Shown in pieces: positions 10,137-20,145 of a stretch of 64,000 nucleotides of DNA. This stretch comes from Bacteroidia bacterium (GTDB lineage Bacteria; Bacteroidota; Bacteroidia; Bacteroidales; Paludibacteraceae), in contig SAAL01000001.1 of assembly GCA_009929445.1 (NCBI GenBank), positions 13,885-77,884 of the forward strand, in the 5' to 3' direction. The notes beneath the pieces were generated by a model. The model was not told where the DNA came from. It searched no databases and saw only the letters and a program-made list of their open reading frames with translations. Position 1 is the stretch's first letter. Every line of letters starts with the position of its first letter. Both the position numbers and the translations under genes were made by a program.

Positions 10137-10164
10137 CGCCTGTTTCTAAAGCAGGTGTTTTTTT
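10137..10164 (+). terminator. Putative intrinsic terminator after gldJ
   Basis: Stem CGCCTG / CAGGTG (one G-T pair) with loop tttctaaag, then a T-run. Confidence 0.45.
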
Positions 10165-10200
10165 ATTCCGAATAAATTTAGTTTAATGATTTAAAAGTAT

Positions 10201-10208
10201 TAATTTTG
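10201..10208 (+). promoter_or_regulatory. -7 box (TAnnTTTG) for asnS
   Basis: TAATTTTG, 38 nt upstream of ATG 10246. Confidence 0.45.
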
Positions 10209-10245
10209 CAGTTCAAAACACATTATATCAAAGATTTATTTTTTT

Positions 10246-11643
10246 ATGCAAAGAACAAAAATTGTTGATGCGCTGAAGAGTACAGCGTTTGGATCAGAAG
10301 TAAATGTCAAAGGGTGGGTTCGTACCCGCCGGGGAAACAAAAACGTAAGTTTTATAGCCATAAATGATGGCTCCACAATAAAAAACATTCAGGTTGTAGT
10401 TGATTTAAGCCGTTTTGACGAAGAATATCTCAAACCCATCACCACAGGAGCCTGTATCAGTGTTACCGGAAGTCTGGTGGAGTCGCAGGGGCAGGGGCAA
10501 AGTGTGGAAATTCAGGCTGACGAAGTGCTGATTTACGGATCGGCCGATCCTGAAACCTACCCCCTTCAGAAGAAAGGACACACGCTCGAGTTTCTTCGCG
10601 AAATAGCACACCTGCGTCCACGAACCAATACATTCGGAGCCATCTTCCGCATTCGCCATCAGATGGCATTCGCCATTCACAAATTTTTCCATGATCGCGG
10701 CTTCTTCTATTTTCACACCCCGATTATCACAGCTTCGGATGCCGAGGGTGCCGGACAAATGTTTCAGGTGACCACACTGGACCTGGAAAACCTGACTAAA
10801 ACCCCCGAAGGAAAAGTGGATTATTCCGACGACTTTTTCGGACGCCCGGCCAATCTGACCGTTTCCGGACAGCTCGAAGGCGAACTGGCCGCTATGGCAC
10901 TCGGGGCAATTTACACATTCGGACCAACGTTCCGGGCTGAAAACTCCAACACACCACGCCATTTATCCGAGTTCTGGATGATTGAGCCGGAAGTGGCTTT
11001 CTACGAAATAGAGGAAAACATGCAGCTGGCACAGGAATTTATCCAGTATTGCGTGAAGTGGGCATTGGATAACTGTCAGGACGATCTGAATTTCCTGAAC
11101 GAAATGTATGATAAAGAACTGATTGAGCGATTGAAATTTGTGGTGGAAAATGACTTCATACGACTCACTTACACCGAAGGGATTAAAATCCTGGAACAAG
11201 CCGTTGCCAACGGTCATAAATTTGAATACCGTGTAGGATGGGGAACAGACCTCCAATCCGAACACGAGCGCTATCTGGTTGAACAGCATTTCAAGAAACC
11301 GGTCATCCTGACCGATTATCCGCAGGAAATAAAAGCCTTCTACATGAAACTGAACGACGACGGAAAAACCGTTCGTGCCATGGATGTGCTCTTCCCGAAA
11401 ATTGGTGAAATCATCGGCGGATCGCAACGCGAGGAAGATTACGAAAAACTCAGAACCCGTGCAGCCGGAATGGGAGTGCCCGAAAAGGATATCTGGTGGT
11501 ATCTGGATACCCGCCGGTTCGGTACCGCACCGCATGCCGGATTCGGACTTGGATTTGAGCGTCTGCTGCTGTTCGTCACCGGAATGGCCAATATCCGCGA
11601 CGTGATTCCGTTCCCCCGCACGCCAAATAATGCGGATTTCTAA
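10246..11643 (+). CDS. asnS: asparagine-tRNA ligase
   Basis: 465-aa ORF with class II motifs [25 protein letters not shown] and GFGLGFERL. Confidence 0.95.
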   Translation: MQRTKIVDALKSTAFGSEVNVKGWVRTRRGNKNVSFIAINDGSTIKNIQVVVDLSRFDEEYLKPITTGACISVTGSLVESQGQGQSVEIQADEVLIYGSADPETYPLQKKGHTLEFLREIAHLRPRTNTFGAIFRIRHQMAFAIHKFFHDRGFFYFHTPIITASDAEGAGQMFQVTTLDLENLTKTPEGKVDYSDDFFGRPANLTVSGQLEGELAAMALGAIYTFGPTFRAENSNTPRHLSEFWMIEPEVAFYEIEENMQLAQEFIQYCVKWALDNCQDDLNFLNEMYDKELIERLKFVVENDFIRLTYTEGIKILEQAVANGHKFEYRVGWGTDLQSEHERYLVEQHFKKPVILTDYPQEIKAFYMKLNDDGKTVRAMDVLFPKIGEIIGGSQREEDYEKLRTRAAGMGVPEKDIWWYLDTRRFGTAPHAGFGLGFERLLLFVTGMANIRDVIPFPRTPNNADF

Positions 11644-11836
11644 CATACGAATTACAATAATTTAGGCAAATTAACGCGAATTACCGGAATATAAAAAAAT
11701 CTGAGTAGTAAATTTTTTGAACAATAAAGAAGCCAGACAAGAATGTCCGACAATTTTAATATAATAATTTGCAATTATTTAAGAATAAAGGATTTTATCA
11801 CTTTGAATTTATCTAAAATCGAAAAAAAATAGTTAT

Positions 11837-13684
11837 ATGGAAAACATTAACGTTGAAGAAATGGACAATGTCGTTGTATTGTTTGCAGGTGATTCCGGTG
11901 ACGGTATGCAGCTTACAGGCACACTGTTTTCAAACATTTCTGCCGAAATCGGTAATGAGATTTCAACATTCCCCGATTATCCTGCCGAAATTCGCGCTCC
12001 GCAAGGTACACTGGGAGGAGTTTCCGGTTTTCAGGTGCATATTGGCTCCGGAAAAATATATACTCCGGGCGACGAAGCAGACGTATTCGTAGCTATGAAC
12101 CCCGCAGCACTGAAAATTAACATCCGGAAAGTGAAAAAGGGAGGAACAATTATTTACGACGAAAACAGCTTTCAAAAAAATGACTTGACAAAAGCCGGTT
12201 TCGCCACCGATAATCCGTTCACTGAACTGGGTGTCTCTGAAACAATAACCTTAGTGCCAACTCCGCTAACCAACCTCACCCAGACAAGTCTTGAAGGTTT
12301 CGGACTGGACAATAAGGATATCCTGAGAAGTAAAAACATGTTTGCTCTTGGTCTGATTTGCTGGTTATTTAACCGCCCGATGGATAAAGCCGAACATTTC
12401 ATTCATAATAAATTCAGAAAAAAACCGGCCGTACTCGAAGCCAATCTCAAAGTGCTGAATGACGGCTTTAACTACGGAAACAACCTGCATTTAGCAATCT
12501 CAACTTACTCGATTGTCCGTTCTGACTCTACGCTCCCGGGAAAATACACCAGTATTTCGGGAAATACGGCTACAGCCTACGGACTGATTGCAGCTGCCGA
12601 AAAAGCCGGATTGCAGCTTTTCCTGGGCAGCTATCCCATTACTCCTGCTTCTGATATTATGCAGGAACTGGCGCTACGCCGGGATCTGGGAGTGAAAGTG
12701 ATGCAGTGCGAAGATGAGATTGCAGGTATTACCACAGCCATTGGCGCTTCATTTGCCGGATGTCTGGCAGCTACGAATACATCAGGCCCCGGCCTGGCGC
12801 TGAAGTCCGAAGCAATCGGACTGGCTGTAATGGCTGAATTACCACTCGTGGTGATTGATGTAATGCGTGGCGGCCCTTCTACGGGTATGCCCACAAAAAC
12901 CGAGCAAACCGACCTGCTTCAGGCATTACACGGACGGAACGGCGAAAGCCCCGTGGTGGTGATTGCTCCCGGAACACCCGACGATTGCTTTCACTATACC
13001 TTCATGGCGTCCAAAATTGCCCTGGAATATATGACACCCGTTATCGTGCTTACCGATGCATTTTTAGGAAACGGTACTTCACTCTGGAGGTTGCCCAAAC
13101 TGGCTGATTTGCCTGAAATCAAACCCAACTACGTACCGGCTGACCTGACAGGCTACAATGCCACTACGCGCAATGAAGACACCAAAGTGCGTTACTGGGC
13201 TGTACCCGGAACAGAAGGATTTGCATACCGCAACGGCGGATTGGAAAAAGACTACTACAAAGGGGGAATTTCCTCAGATCCCGAAAACCATCAGAAGATG
13301 GTGGAAACACGGGCCGCCAAAGTAAAAGGAGTGGAAAACATGATTCCCGATCTGGAAATCTTCGGTAACGAAAATGCTGATTTACTCATTGTTGGATGGG
13401 GAAGTACGCGCGGACACCTGATGAGTTCAGTTGTTTCGATGAATAAAAAAGGTAAAAATGTGGCAATGGTTCATTTCAATTACATTAATCCCCTGCCGCG
13501 AAACACCGAAGAAGTTCTGAAGAAATTTAAAAAAGTAGTAGTATGCGAACTCAATTCCGGGCAGTTTGCCGGTTACCTGCGCGCTGAAATTCCCGGTCTG
13601 AATATCCTGCAATACAACAAAGTGCAAGGTCAGCCCTTTACCGTAACGGAACTTGAAAAACAATTCGAAATCATCTTAAAATAG
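11837..13684 (+). CDS. korA: 2-oxoacid:ferredoxin oxidoreductase, alpha subunit
   Basis: 615-aa ORF with GDSGDGMQ and YPITPASD. It is followed by the TPP-binding beta subunit. Confidence 0.85.
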   Translation: MENINVEEMDNVVVLFAGDSGDGMQLTGTLFSNISAEIGNEISTFPDYPAEIRAPQGTLGGVSGFQVHIGSGKIYTPGDEADVFVAMNPAALKINIRKVKKGGTIIYDENSFQKNDLTKAGFATDNPFTELGVSETITLVPTPLTNLTQTSLEGFGLDNKDILRSKNMFALGLICWLFNRPMDKAEHFIHNKFRKKPAVLEANLKVLNDGFNYGNNLHLAISTYSIVRSDSTLPGKYTSISGNTATAYGLIAAAEKAGLQLFLGSYPITPASDIMQELALRRDLGVKVMQCEDEIAGITTAIGASFAGCLAATNTSGPGLALKSEAIGLAVMAELPLVVIDVMRGGPSTGMPTKTEQTDLLQALHGRNGESPVVVIAPGTPDDCFHYTFMASKIALEYMTPVIVLTDAFLGNGTSLWRLPKLADLPEIKPNYVPADLTGYNATTRNEDTKVRYWAVPGTEGFAYRNGGLEKDYYKGGISSDPENHQKMVETRAAKVKGVENMIPDLEIFGNENADLLIVGWGSTRGHLMSSVVSMNKKGKNVAMVHFNYINPLPRNTEEVLKKFKKVVVCELNSGQFAGYLRAEIPGLNILQYNKVQGQPFTVTELEKQFEIILK

Positions 13685-13690
13685 ACTGCT

Positions 13691-14707
13691 ATGGAAGCTG
13701 TAAAATTAGAATATACTCCCAAAGACTTTAAAAGTGATCAACAAGTGCGCTGGTGCCCGGGGTGCGGCGATTATGCTATTATCAACAGCCTGCACAAAGT
13801 GATGGCCGAAATGGGTATTCCTCCGCATGAAATTGCTGTGGTTTCCGGTATCGGATGTTCCTCGCGTTTGCCTTACTACGTGAGCAGTTACGGATTCCAC
13901 ACCATTCACGGTCGCGGAGCTGCCGTGGCTACAGGCGTGAAAGTGGCTAATCCGGCACTTACAGTATGGCAGGTTACCGGCGACGGCGACTGCCTTGCCA
14001 TCGGAGGTAACCACTTCATTCACAGTGTGAGAAGAAATATTGATATCAACGTATTGCTTTTCAATAATCAGATTTACGGTCTCACAAAGGGACAGTTTTC
14101 GCCAACTTCGCTGAAAGGACAGGTATCAAAATCTTCTCCTTACGGCACTATCGAAGAACCATTCCGACCCGCAGAACTCACATTCGGAGCCCGTGGAACA
14201 TTCTTCGGCCGTTTGCTCGATGTGGATCTGAAAAACGCACAGCAGGTGATGCTTGCGGCTGCAGAACATAAAGGCACTTCAATTATTGAATGTCTGGTTA
14301 ACTGCGTCATTTTCAATGATGGAGCACATAACTGGCTGGCTGAGAAGAATACCCGACCGGATAAAATGGTATTTCTGGAACACGGAAAACCGATGATTTA
14401 CGGAGTGGCAAACGACAAAGGACTTATCCTTGAAAACGGACAGCTGAAAGCCGTAACAATAGGTGAAAACGGCATTACCGAAGCCGATATCCTGGTACAC
14501 GATGCCCGGAACCCAAATCCGACACTGCAATGGGAACTGGCCATGATGAAAGGTCCGGAAATGCCCGTTGCACTGGGAATCATTCGCGATGTTCCTGCCG
14601 AAAGCTACAACGATGCGATGGATAAACAAATAGCCGATATAAAAGCAAAATCCAAAATCAAATGCTTCGATGATCTCGTGGATAGTCTGGAGCAATGGGA
14701 AATATAA
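13691..14707 (+). CDS. korB: 2-oxoacid:ferredoxin oxidoreductase, beta (TPP-binding) subunit
   Basis: 338-aa ORF with WCPGCGDY, GIGCSSR and GDGDCLAIGGNH. Confidence 0.85.
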   Translation: MEAVKLEYTPKDFKSDQQVRWCPGCGDYAIINSLHKVMAEMGIPPHEIAVVSGIGCSSRLPYYVSSYGFHTIHGRGAAVATGVKVANPALTVWQVTGDGDCLAIGGNHFIHSVRRNIDINVLLFNNQIYGLTKGQFSPTSLKGQVSKSSPYGTIEEPFRPAELTFGARGTFFGRLLDVDLKNAQQVMLAAAEHKGTSIIECLVNCVIFNDGAHNWLAEKNTRPDKMVFLEHGKPMIYGVANDKGLILENGQLKAVTIGENGITEADILVHDARNPNPTLQWELAMMKGPEMPVALGIIRDVPAESYNDAMDKQIADIKAKSKIKCFDDLVDSLEQWEI

Positions 14708-14709
14708 AA

Positions 14710-14837
14710 GCCCCCTAAATCCCTCCCGAAACAAGTACGGGACAGGCTCGAAAGGGGACTTTTAAATTGCAACTGTATAAAAAATTCTATAATCCACTCT
14801 TTAAGTCTCCCCCTTCGGGGGAGATTTAGAGGGGGCC
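14710..14837. repeat. Inverted pair of GC-rich repeat units (the left unit carries a nested extra hairpin)
   Basis: The left unit is 14710-14759, GCCCCCTAAATCCCTCCCGAAACAAGTACGGGACAGGCTCGAAAGGGGAC. The right unit is 14804-14837, AGTCTCCCCCTTCGGGGGAGATTTAGAGGGGGCC. The pair lies between convergent korB and birA. Confidence 0.8.
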
Positions 14838-15553
14838 ACTTCTTTAAAATAATACTCTCTTCTTTCACCGGCTTCTGTAATCAGAATTAATCTCCCGTCC
14901 GGCTCCACTTTTTCGATACGAGCCAGGAAATGCTCTTTTGTTTGTGCATCTTTGTAGGGGTGAAATCCATCTTTTCGGTAGAGATTCCGGTGGTATTCTT
15001 TCTGAATATTCTCAAAATCCGGGTTTTGGTATAGATGGAATAGCTGGCTGTGGATATCAAAAAGAATTTTTTCACGATCCATTTCCTTTCCGGTAATTTG
15101 CTTTAATGAAACAGGGTTGGGAGCGTTGCTTGCAAATACTTCCTGATTGATGTTCAGTCCGATTCCGATGATGCACTTATTGATTTTATCCCGTAACAAA
15201 GAATTTTCAATCAGAATTCCGCAAATCTTCTTTTCTTTCCAGTAAATATCGTTAGGCCACTTGATGGAAATATCGTCCGTGTATTCGTCCAGCACTTTTT
15301 TGATGGCCACACAGGTAATCTGAGAGAGAATAAACTGACTTTGAATGGGAATATTTTGCGGAAAAAGCAAGATGCTGAAGAGCAGATTTTTACCTTTTTC
15401 CGATTCCCACGAGTTACCGGGCTGACCTTTTCCGGCTGTCTGAAAATCGGTGTAAACCACATAACCTTCGGGCAGCGATTCTTTGTCGGAAAGTATTTTC
15501 AGCGTACTGTTGGTTGATTCGGTGGTTTCGATGTAGTAATTTGATTCTCTCAT
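14801..15553 (-). CDS. birA: biotin-[acetyl-CoA-carboxylase] ligase (no HTH domain)
   Basis: 250-aa ORF with GKGQPGNSWES and KWPNDIY. The last 11 codons (APSKSPPKGET) are encoded by a repeat unit. Confidence 0.85.
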   Translation of the reverse strand: MRESNYYIETTESTNSTLKILSDKESLPEGYVVYTDFQTAGKGQPGNSWESEKGKNLLFSILLFPQNIPIQSQFILSQITCVAIKKVLDEYTDDISIKWPNDIYWKEKKICGILIENSLLRDKINKCIIGIGLNINQEVFASNAPNPVSLKQITGKEMDREKILFDIHSQLFHLYQNPDFENIQKEYHRNLYRKDGFHPYKDAQTKEHFLARIEKVEPDGRLILITEAGERREYYFKEVAPSKSPPKGET

Positions 15554-17019
15554 TTTGATACATTTATAAGAAATTCTTCTATTTTGCGGGTGGTTGGTGT
15601 GAGTGAGTTTGAGTTTGGATTGTTTACAATGATGGCAAAAGCTATTTTTCTGCCGTTTGTTTGAATGTATCCGGCGTAACTTTTAACCATGGTAAACGAC
15701 CCGCTTTTGGCTGCTACTTTCCCTTCGAGTGGAGTACTTTTCAGAAAATTTTTCAATGTTCCCGATTTTCCGGATATGGGCAGTGAAGCTTTGAATGTTG
15801 CGCTGTTTCCGGATTTATCCATATAACTGAGCAAACTTACAAAAAAGTTGGCCGAAACGGCATTTAAAGGTGATAATCCCGAACCGTCGTACAGAAAAAG
15901 TTCATCCACCGGTAATCCTTTCGACTGCCAGAAATTCCTGATACGTTTTACAGCCGCGGTGGTAGTGACCGGCTTTCCGTTTTTCAGGGTCAGGTGTCTG
16001 AATAGGTGCTCGGCATAATGATTGTTGCTGTTGGTATTTATTTCTTTGATTATCAAGCTTAAAACAGGTGATTTATGAGTGTAAATCACTTTTCTGTTTA
16101 CCGAAAGAAATTCGTCTGTGGCTTTTCCGCTGACAGAGATGCCGGACGATTTCAGTTTCCATAAAAAATCGCGTGCCAAAATCAATCCAGGGCGTGGAAT
16201 ATCACCTTTTATACGAAAAACCGGTCTGTTTGCCGGAATTTCGCCGTAGATGCTACGTTGGTTTTCATACGGTGCTCCGTAAAAATAAGCACTGTCGAAC
16301 TCGATGGTCGTACTTTTCAGGTAATTTTTGAAGGACAGTTCGGGGATATCTGGTGTGATTTTTACAATTTCAGGCGTAGTACCAACTGCTCCCGATTTCA
16401 ACTCCATTTCAAAGGTGTTGTCTTTGTATGAAAGGCCGTAAGCGCCGGCTGCAAAGTAATTTCCAAGATCTTCCCATATCCATTTCGGATTCACACCTTC
16501 GGTGTCATAGGCCGAAGCATCGGCAATGATATCGCCGTTTATCTGCCTGATTCCGGCTTTTCGCACTGCAGCAGTCCAACCGGTCAGAAATCCGGTGTCA
16601 CCGAGTTTTGAAGAACCCAGCGTGGGGTCGCCGCTACCCGAAATGTAGAGGTTTCCATTCAGAATACTGTCGGCAGTGATTTTTCCATCAATTTCCAGTG
16701 TGGTGACGAACTGATAATCAGCACCAAGCAGTTCCAGAGCTGTTGCGGTAGTTATCAGTTTGACGGTAGAAGCAGGAGTGGCGGCATTCCCGGCCCGATG
16801 GCTGTTTAGCACCTTGTCAGTTTTCAGATCCTTAACCAACAGGCTGATAGTGGCGTTTCGGTGAAGATTGTTGTTAAAAAAACCATTAACAGGATTTTGG
16901 GCAACAAGGAGAATATTGAAAAACAGCATAAACACGCCCACTACTCTCCTAATGGAAACACATTCGTGTCGCTTTTGAAAATCATAACTGTTTGATTGAC
17001 TTATATGTTTAATTTTCAT
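15550..17019 (-). CDS. dacB: D-alanyl-D-alanine carboxypeptidase/endopeptidase (PBP4, peptidase S13)
   Basis: 489-aa ORF with SxxK motif PASTVKLITTATAL, SGSGDPTL and AAKSGSF. It has a 4-nt overlap with birA. Confidence 0.8.
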   Translation of the reverse strand: MKIKHISQSNSYDFQKRHECVSIRRVVGVFMLFFNILLVAQNPVNGFFNNNLHRNATISLLVKDLKTDKVLNSHRAGNAATPASTVKLITTATALELLGADYQFVTTLEIDGKITADSILNGNLYISGSGDPTLGSSKLGDTGFLTGWTAAVRKAGIRQINGDIIADASAYDTEGVNPKWIWEDLGNYFAAGAYGLSYKDNTFEMELKSGAVGTTPEIVKITPDIPELSFKNYLKSTTIEFDSAYFYGAPYENQRSIYGEIPANRPVFRIKGDIPRPGLILARDFLWKLKSSGISVSGKATDEFLSVNRKVIYTHKSPVLSLIIKEINTNSNNHYAEHLFRHLTLKNGKPVTTTAAVKRIRNFWQSKGLPVDELFLYDGSGLSPLNAVSANFFVSLLSYMDKSGNSATFKASLPISGKSGTLKNFLKSTPLEGKVAAKSGSFTMVKSYAGYIQTNGRKIAFAIIVNNPNSNSLTPTTRKIEEFLINVSK

Positions 17020-17111
17020 TGATTTTCGATTTATTTCATAAAATTACCAATCTGAATAAAAATACAAACCAGTTCTTCATCTTAAGTATTACAGTGCCTT
17101 GTACTAAGGAT

Positions 17112-18197
17112 TCAAAAAAACACTCCGAACTTCTCCTCAAATCCTTCCGGTAAATTCCCTTTATAAGCTTTCGGTTCCCGACGAACAGGATAATTGGAGC
17201 GCTGTTGCTCAAAGGTATCAGGTGAGGATTTTAGCAAATCACTGTCAGAAAGAATGTTATATGTTTTTTTGAAAAATTCTGTAAAGGAAAGAACGCTGAA
17301 ATCTCCTTTCAATCCGTCAGGTAACGCATTTGGTTCCCAATTATCTGATCCAAGATTGAAAAAACGGCTTACCGATTGCACGCTTTGTGTGGTGGCATTT
17401 GCTTTGCCGTCGGCAGAATAACCGGCAATGTGAGGTGTGGAAATAACCACTTTTCCCAACAATTCCAGGTCAATATTCGGCTCATTTTCCCAGCAATCCA
17501 GCACCACATCTGAGATCAAGCCATTTTTTATCGCCTTTTTCAAAGCAGAAGTTTCAACTACTTCACCGCGTGATGCGTTGATAATGATCGGTTTGCGAGC
17601 AAGTAAACTGAAAAAATCATCGTCCGCCAGGTGGAAGGTTTTATCAATTCCCTCAAAATTCAGAAACGGATGAAACGCTATAATATCAGCGTTTTCAGCA
17701 ATTTCTTTCAAACTTACAAACTGATGACTGCCTTCCACGCGTGCACGAGGCGGGTCGTTCAGAAGTACTTGCATTCCAAAGCCTTCAGCCAACTTAGCTA
17801 CTCGTGAACCGACGTTTCCCACGCCTACAATCCCGAGCGTTTTTGAACTTAAATCGAAGTTGTTTTTTTCGGCTAAATGAATGAGTACCGAAGCCATGTA
17901 CTGAGTCACAGAAAGTGCATTGCAACCGGGTGCATTTACCCATTTTATGCCGTTTTCATTGCAATATTTCGTATCAATGTGGTCGTAACCGATGGTGGCT
18001 GTAGCGATGATTTTCACCCGGGAACCATCCAGTAAATCGTGGTTGCATTTAGTCCGTGTACGGATTATGAGTGCATCAGCATCACGCACTGCATCCGGCG
18101 TCATCTCTTTGTATGTCAGGTATTCAACTTCGGCTTTCCTGTCCAACGCACCCTTGATGTAAGGGATATTTTTATCGATAATTATTTTTATGCCCAT
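17112..18197 (-). CDS. pdxB: 4-phosphoerythronate dehydrogenase
   Basis: The ORF track extends to 18287. I prefer ATG 18197 (MGIKIIIDKNIPYIKGAL...), which matches the PdxB N-terminus. It has GTATIGYDHID and the NAD motif GIVGVGNVG. Confidence 0.8.
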   Translation of the reverse strand: MGIKIIIDKNIPYIKGALDRKAEVEYLTYKEMTPDAVRDADALIIRTRTKCNHDLLDGSRVKIIATATIGYDHIDTKYCNENGIKWVNAPGCNALSVTQYMASVLIHLAEKNNFDLSSKTLGIVGVGNVGSRVAKLAEGFGMQVLLNDPPRARVEGSHQFVSLKEIAENADIIAFHPFLNFEGIDKTFHLADDDFFSLLARKPIIINASRGEVVETSALKKAIKNGLISDVVLDCWENEPNIDLELLGKVVISTPHIAGYSADGKANATTQSVQSVSRFFNLGSDNWEPNALPDGLKGDFSVLSFTEFFKKTYNILSDSDLLKSSPDTFEQQRSNYPVRREPKAYKGNLPEGFEEKFGVFF

Positions 18198-18304
18198 ATC
18201 CGGTTTATCTAAAGAAGAAATTAATTTTTCAACTGCAAATTTACTCGAAAAAATGCTTAACAGTAAATTTTTTTCGGAAATATCCATAATTGAGCCAATT
18301 TGTG

Positions 18305-18312
18305 TATTTTTG
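18305..18312 (+). promoter_or_regulatory. -7 box (TAnnTTTG) for the hydrolase gene
   Basis: TATTTTTG, 22 nt upstream of ATG 18334. Confidence 0.4.
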
Positions 18313-18333
18313 CATGCTTATTTATTTCGAAAA

Positions 18334-19131
18334 ATGGAATTGGAAAACTTCCTGAATGTTGGAGAATACAAATTATTCTACAGATTGCTGAAATACTCAG
18401 AAAATCAGGATGAACCTGTGCTCATTTTTCTGCACGATTCGTGGGGATGCGTAGAAATGTGGGAGAATTTTCCGGAAAAAATATCGGAATTATTTGGTCT
18501 GAATGCCTTGATATACGACCGCCGTGGATACGGAAAATCATCTCCTTTTGCACCCGATCCGCGCACAAAATACTATCTTCACCAATCGGCCGATGAGTTG
18601 ATCAATGTGATGGACGAACTGAAAATAAAAAAAGCGATGCTCTACGGCCACAGTGACGGAGGAACTATTGCTTTGATAGCTGCTGCACTGTATCCTGAAC
18701 GTATTCAGGCAGTGATGGTGGAAGGAGCTCACAGCTTTGTGGAAGAAAAAGGAAAAGCCGCCGTGCGCGAAAGCCGTGATAAAGCCCTTACCAATTCGTT
18801 ACTTCAGTCACTCCGAAAATATCACGGAGAAAAAACGGCAGAGCTTTTCCGTCGTTGGCACGAAGCGTGGCTGGGTGATTTTTTTGCAGACTGGACCATC
18901 GTTCCCATACTGAAAAATATCCGGTGTCCTGTGCTGGCATTTCGGGGTGAGAATGATCCTTTTGACACAATCGGACAGCTGCATGTGCTTGAGAAGGAAA
19001 TAACAGCTCCGGTAATTGCAAAGGTAATTCCGGATGCGGCTCATACACCGAGGAAGGAAAATGAAGAAGAGACGATGGAACTTATTGGTCACTTTTTAGA
19101 TAAAGGGTTGATGAGAGGAAAAATATGCTAA
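18334..19131 (+). CDS. alpha/beta hydrolase
   Basis: The ORF track starts at 18190. I prefer ATG 18334 (MELENFL...), 22 nt after a TATTTTTG box. It has the nucleophile elbow GHSDGG and a C-terminal catalytic His (DAAHTP). Confidence 0.7.
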   Translation: MELENFLNVGEYKLFYRLLKYSENQDEPVLIFLHDSWGCVEMWENFPEKISELFGLNALIYDRRGYGKSSPFAPDPRTKYYLHQSADELINVMDELKIKKAMLYGHSDGGTIALIAAALYPERIQAVMVEGAHSFVEEKGKAAVRESRDKALTNSLLQSLRKYHGEKTAELFRRWHEAWLGDFFADWTIVPILKNIRCPVLAFRGENDPFDTIGQLHVLEKEITAPVIAKVIPDAAHTPRKENEEETMELIGHFLDKGLMRGKIC

Positions 19132-19186
19132 TGTGCCAATGTGCTAATGTGCTAATGTGCCAATATGCTAATGTGCCAATTTGATG
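19123..19186. repeat. Tandem array, 8 copies of an 8-bp unit (ATGTGCYA)
   Basis: atatgcta atgtgcca atgtgcta atgtgcta atgtgcca atatgcta atgtgcca atttgatg. The array starts within the last codons of the hydrolase gene. Confidence 0.85.
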
Positions 19187-19188
19187 TC

Positions 19189-19252
19189 AACTAGTTAACT
19201 AATAAACTAATAAACTAATTAACCAATAAACCAATTAACCAATTAACTATAA
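19189..19252. repeat. Tandem array, 8 copies of an 8-bp unit (AACYAATW)
   Basis: aactagtt aactaata aactaata aactaatt aaccaata aaccaatt aaccaatt aactataa. The array ends 1 nt before the ATG at 19254. Confidence 0.85.
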
Positions 19253-19253
19253 A

Positions 19254-19634
19254 ATGGGAATATTTTCAGCACTTATGGGCAATGCCGGATCCATTGACAG
19301 AGAAAAACTGGAAAAAGAGTACAGTAAACTGTTGATTGAAAACGAAGTGATCGAACTGGGTTTCAAATTGATCCGCGATACATTTATCTTTACCAACAAA
19401 CGTATGATAATGATTGATGTACAGGGCGTTACGGGAAATAAACTGGAGTATTTCTCCGTACCTTACAAGAGTATCTCCCGTTTCAGCATCGAGTCTGCAG
19501 GGACATTCGACCTGGAGGCAGAACTGAAAATATGGATTTCGAGCGAACAGCATCCAAGTATCCGGAAAAACTTCACGCGCTCGGTGGATGTGTACGAAGT
19601 GCAGAAAGTGCTGGCGCATTATGTGATGAAGTAA
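19254..19634 (+). CDS. bacterial PH-domain protein (YokE-like)
   Basis: 126-aa ORF with LIRDTFIFTNKRMIMIDVQG and EYFSVPYKSISRFSIE. Confidence 0.6.
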   Translation: MGIFSALMGNAGSIDREKLEKEYSKLLIENEVIELGFKLIRDTFIFTNKRMIMIDVQGVTGNKLEYFSVPYKSISRFSIESAGTFDLEAELKIWISSEQHPSIRKNFTRSVDVYEVQKVLAHYVMK

Positions 19635-19636
19635 GT

Positions 19637-19721
19637 GCCCCCCAACCCCATAAAGGGGGAGTTTTGGGCTGGTTAATATATAATTTCTATAAGAAATAAT
19701 TCCCCTTTAGGGGTTAGGGGC
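19637..19721. repeat. Inverted pair of GC-rich repeat units
   Basis: The left unit is 19637-19661, GCCCCCCAACCCCATAAAGGGGGAG. The right unit is 19700-19721, TTCCCCTTTAGGGGTTAGGGGC. The right unit ends 4 nt before the folB ATG. Confidence 0.8.
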
Positions 19722-19725
19722 AGAT

Positions 19726-20082
19726 ATGTCAACAATTACTTTACAAAACATGAAATTCCACGCCTACCACGGTTGCCTGGATTTTGAAAAGCGGGATGGA
19801 AATACGTTTTTAGTAAATCTGATCATGGAATTGGATACTGAGAAAGCCGAAATTTCAGACAAACTGGAGGATACGCTGAATTATCAGGAAGTGTATGATG
19901 TGGTGAAACGTGAAATGGAAATTCCTTCCAACCTGATTGAACACGCAGCAAGGCGCATTCTCGATGCTTTAATTGAAAATTTTCCTCAAATATTACACCT
20001 GAATTTACGCTTGTCCAAACTCAATCCACCGCTCGGAGGTGATGTGGAAAGTGTAAGTGTGGTGATGAGAAAAAACTATTGA
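19726..20082 (+). CDS. folB: dihydroneopterin aldolase
   Basis: 118-aa ORF with FHAYHGCLDFEKRDGNTF and LNYQEVY. Confidence 0.85.
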   Translation: MSTITLQNMKFHAYHGCLDFEKRDGNTFLVNLIMELDTEKAEISDKLEDTLNYQEVYDVVKREMEIPSNLIEHAARRILDALIENFPQILHLNLRLSKLNPPLGGDVESVSVVMRKNY

Positions 20083-20145
20083 ATTTTGAAAAATACTCAC
20101 TTCCCAATCGTAAATTGTAAATTATTAATTCGTAAATAGCACCGA

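Noticed and set aside
10963-11646. 227-aa minus-strand ORF. Similar long antisense ORFs occur at 10405-10962, 20653-21378, 22621-23292, 36342-37001, 44677-45252, 47872-48567, 49097-49771 and 51466-52050.
   Set aside because: All lie fully inside strongly supported genes on the other strand (asnS, POT transporter, pyrG, anSME, mrp, cysK, metY, pdxH) and have no family-like motifs.
18190-18333. Upstream extensions that make the pdxB (to 18287) and hydrolase (from 18190) ORFs overlap head-to-head by ~100 nt.
   Set aside because: PdxB homology begins at MGIKIIIDKN (18197). The hydrolase has a TATTTTTG box just before ATG 18334. The overlapping parts have no homology signal.
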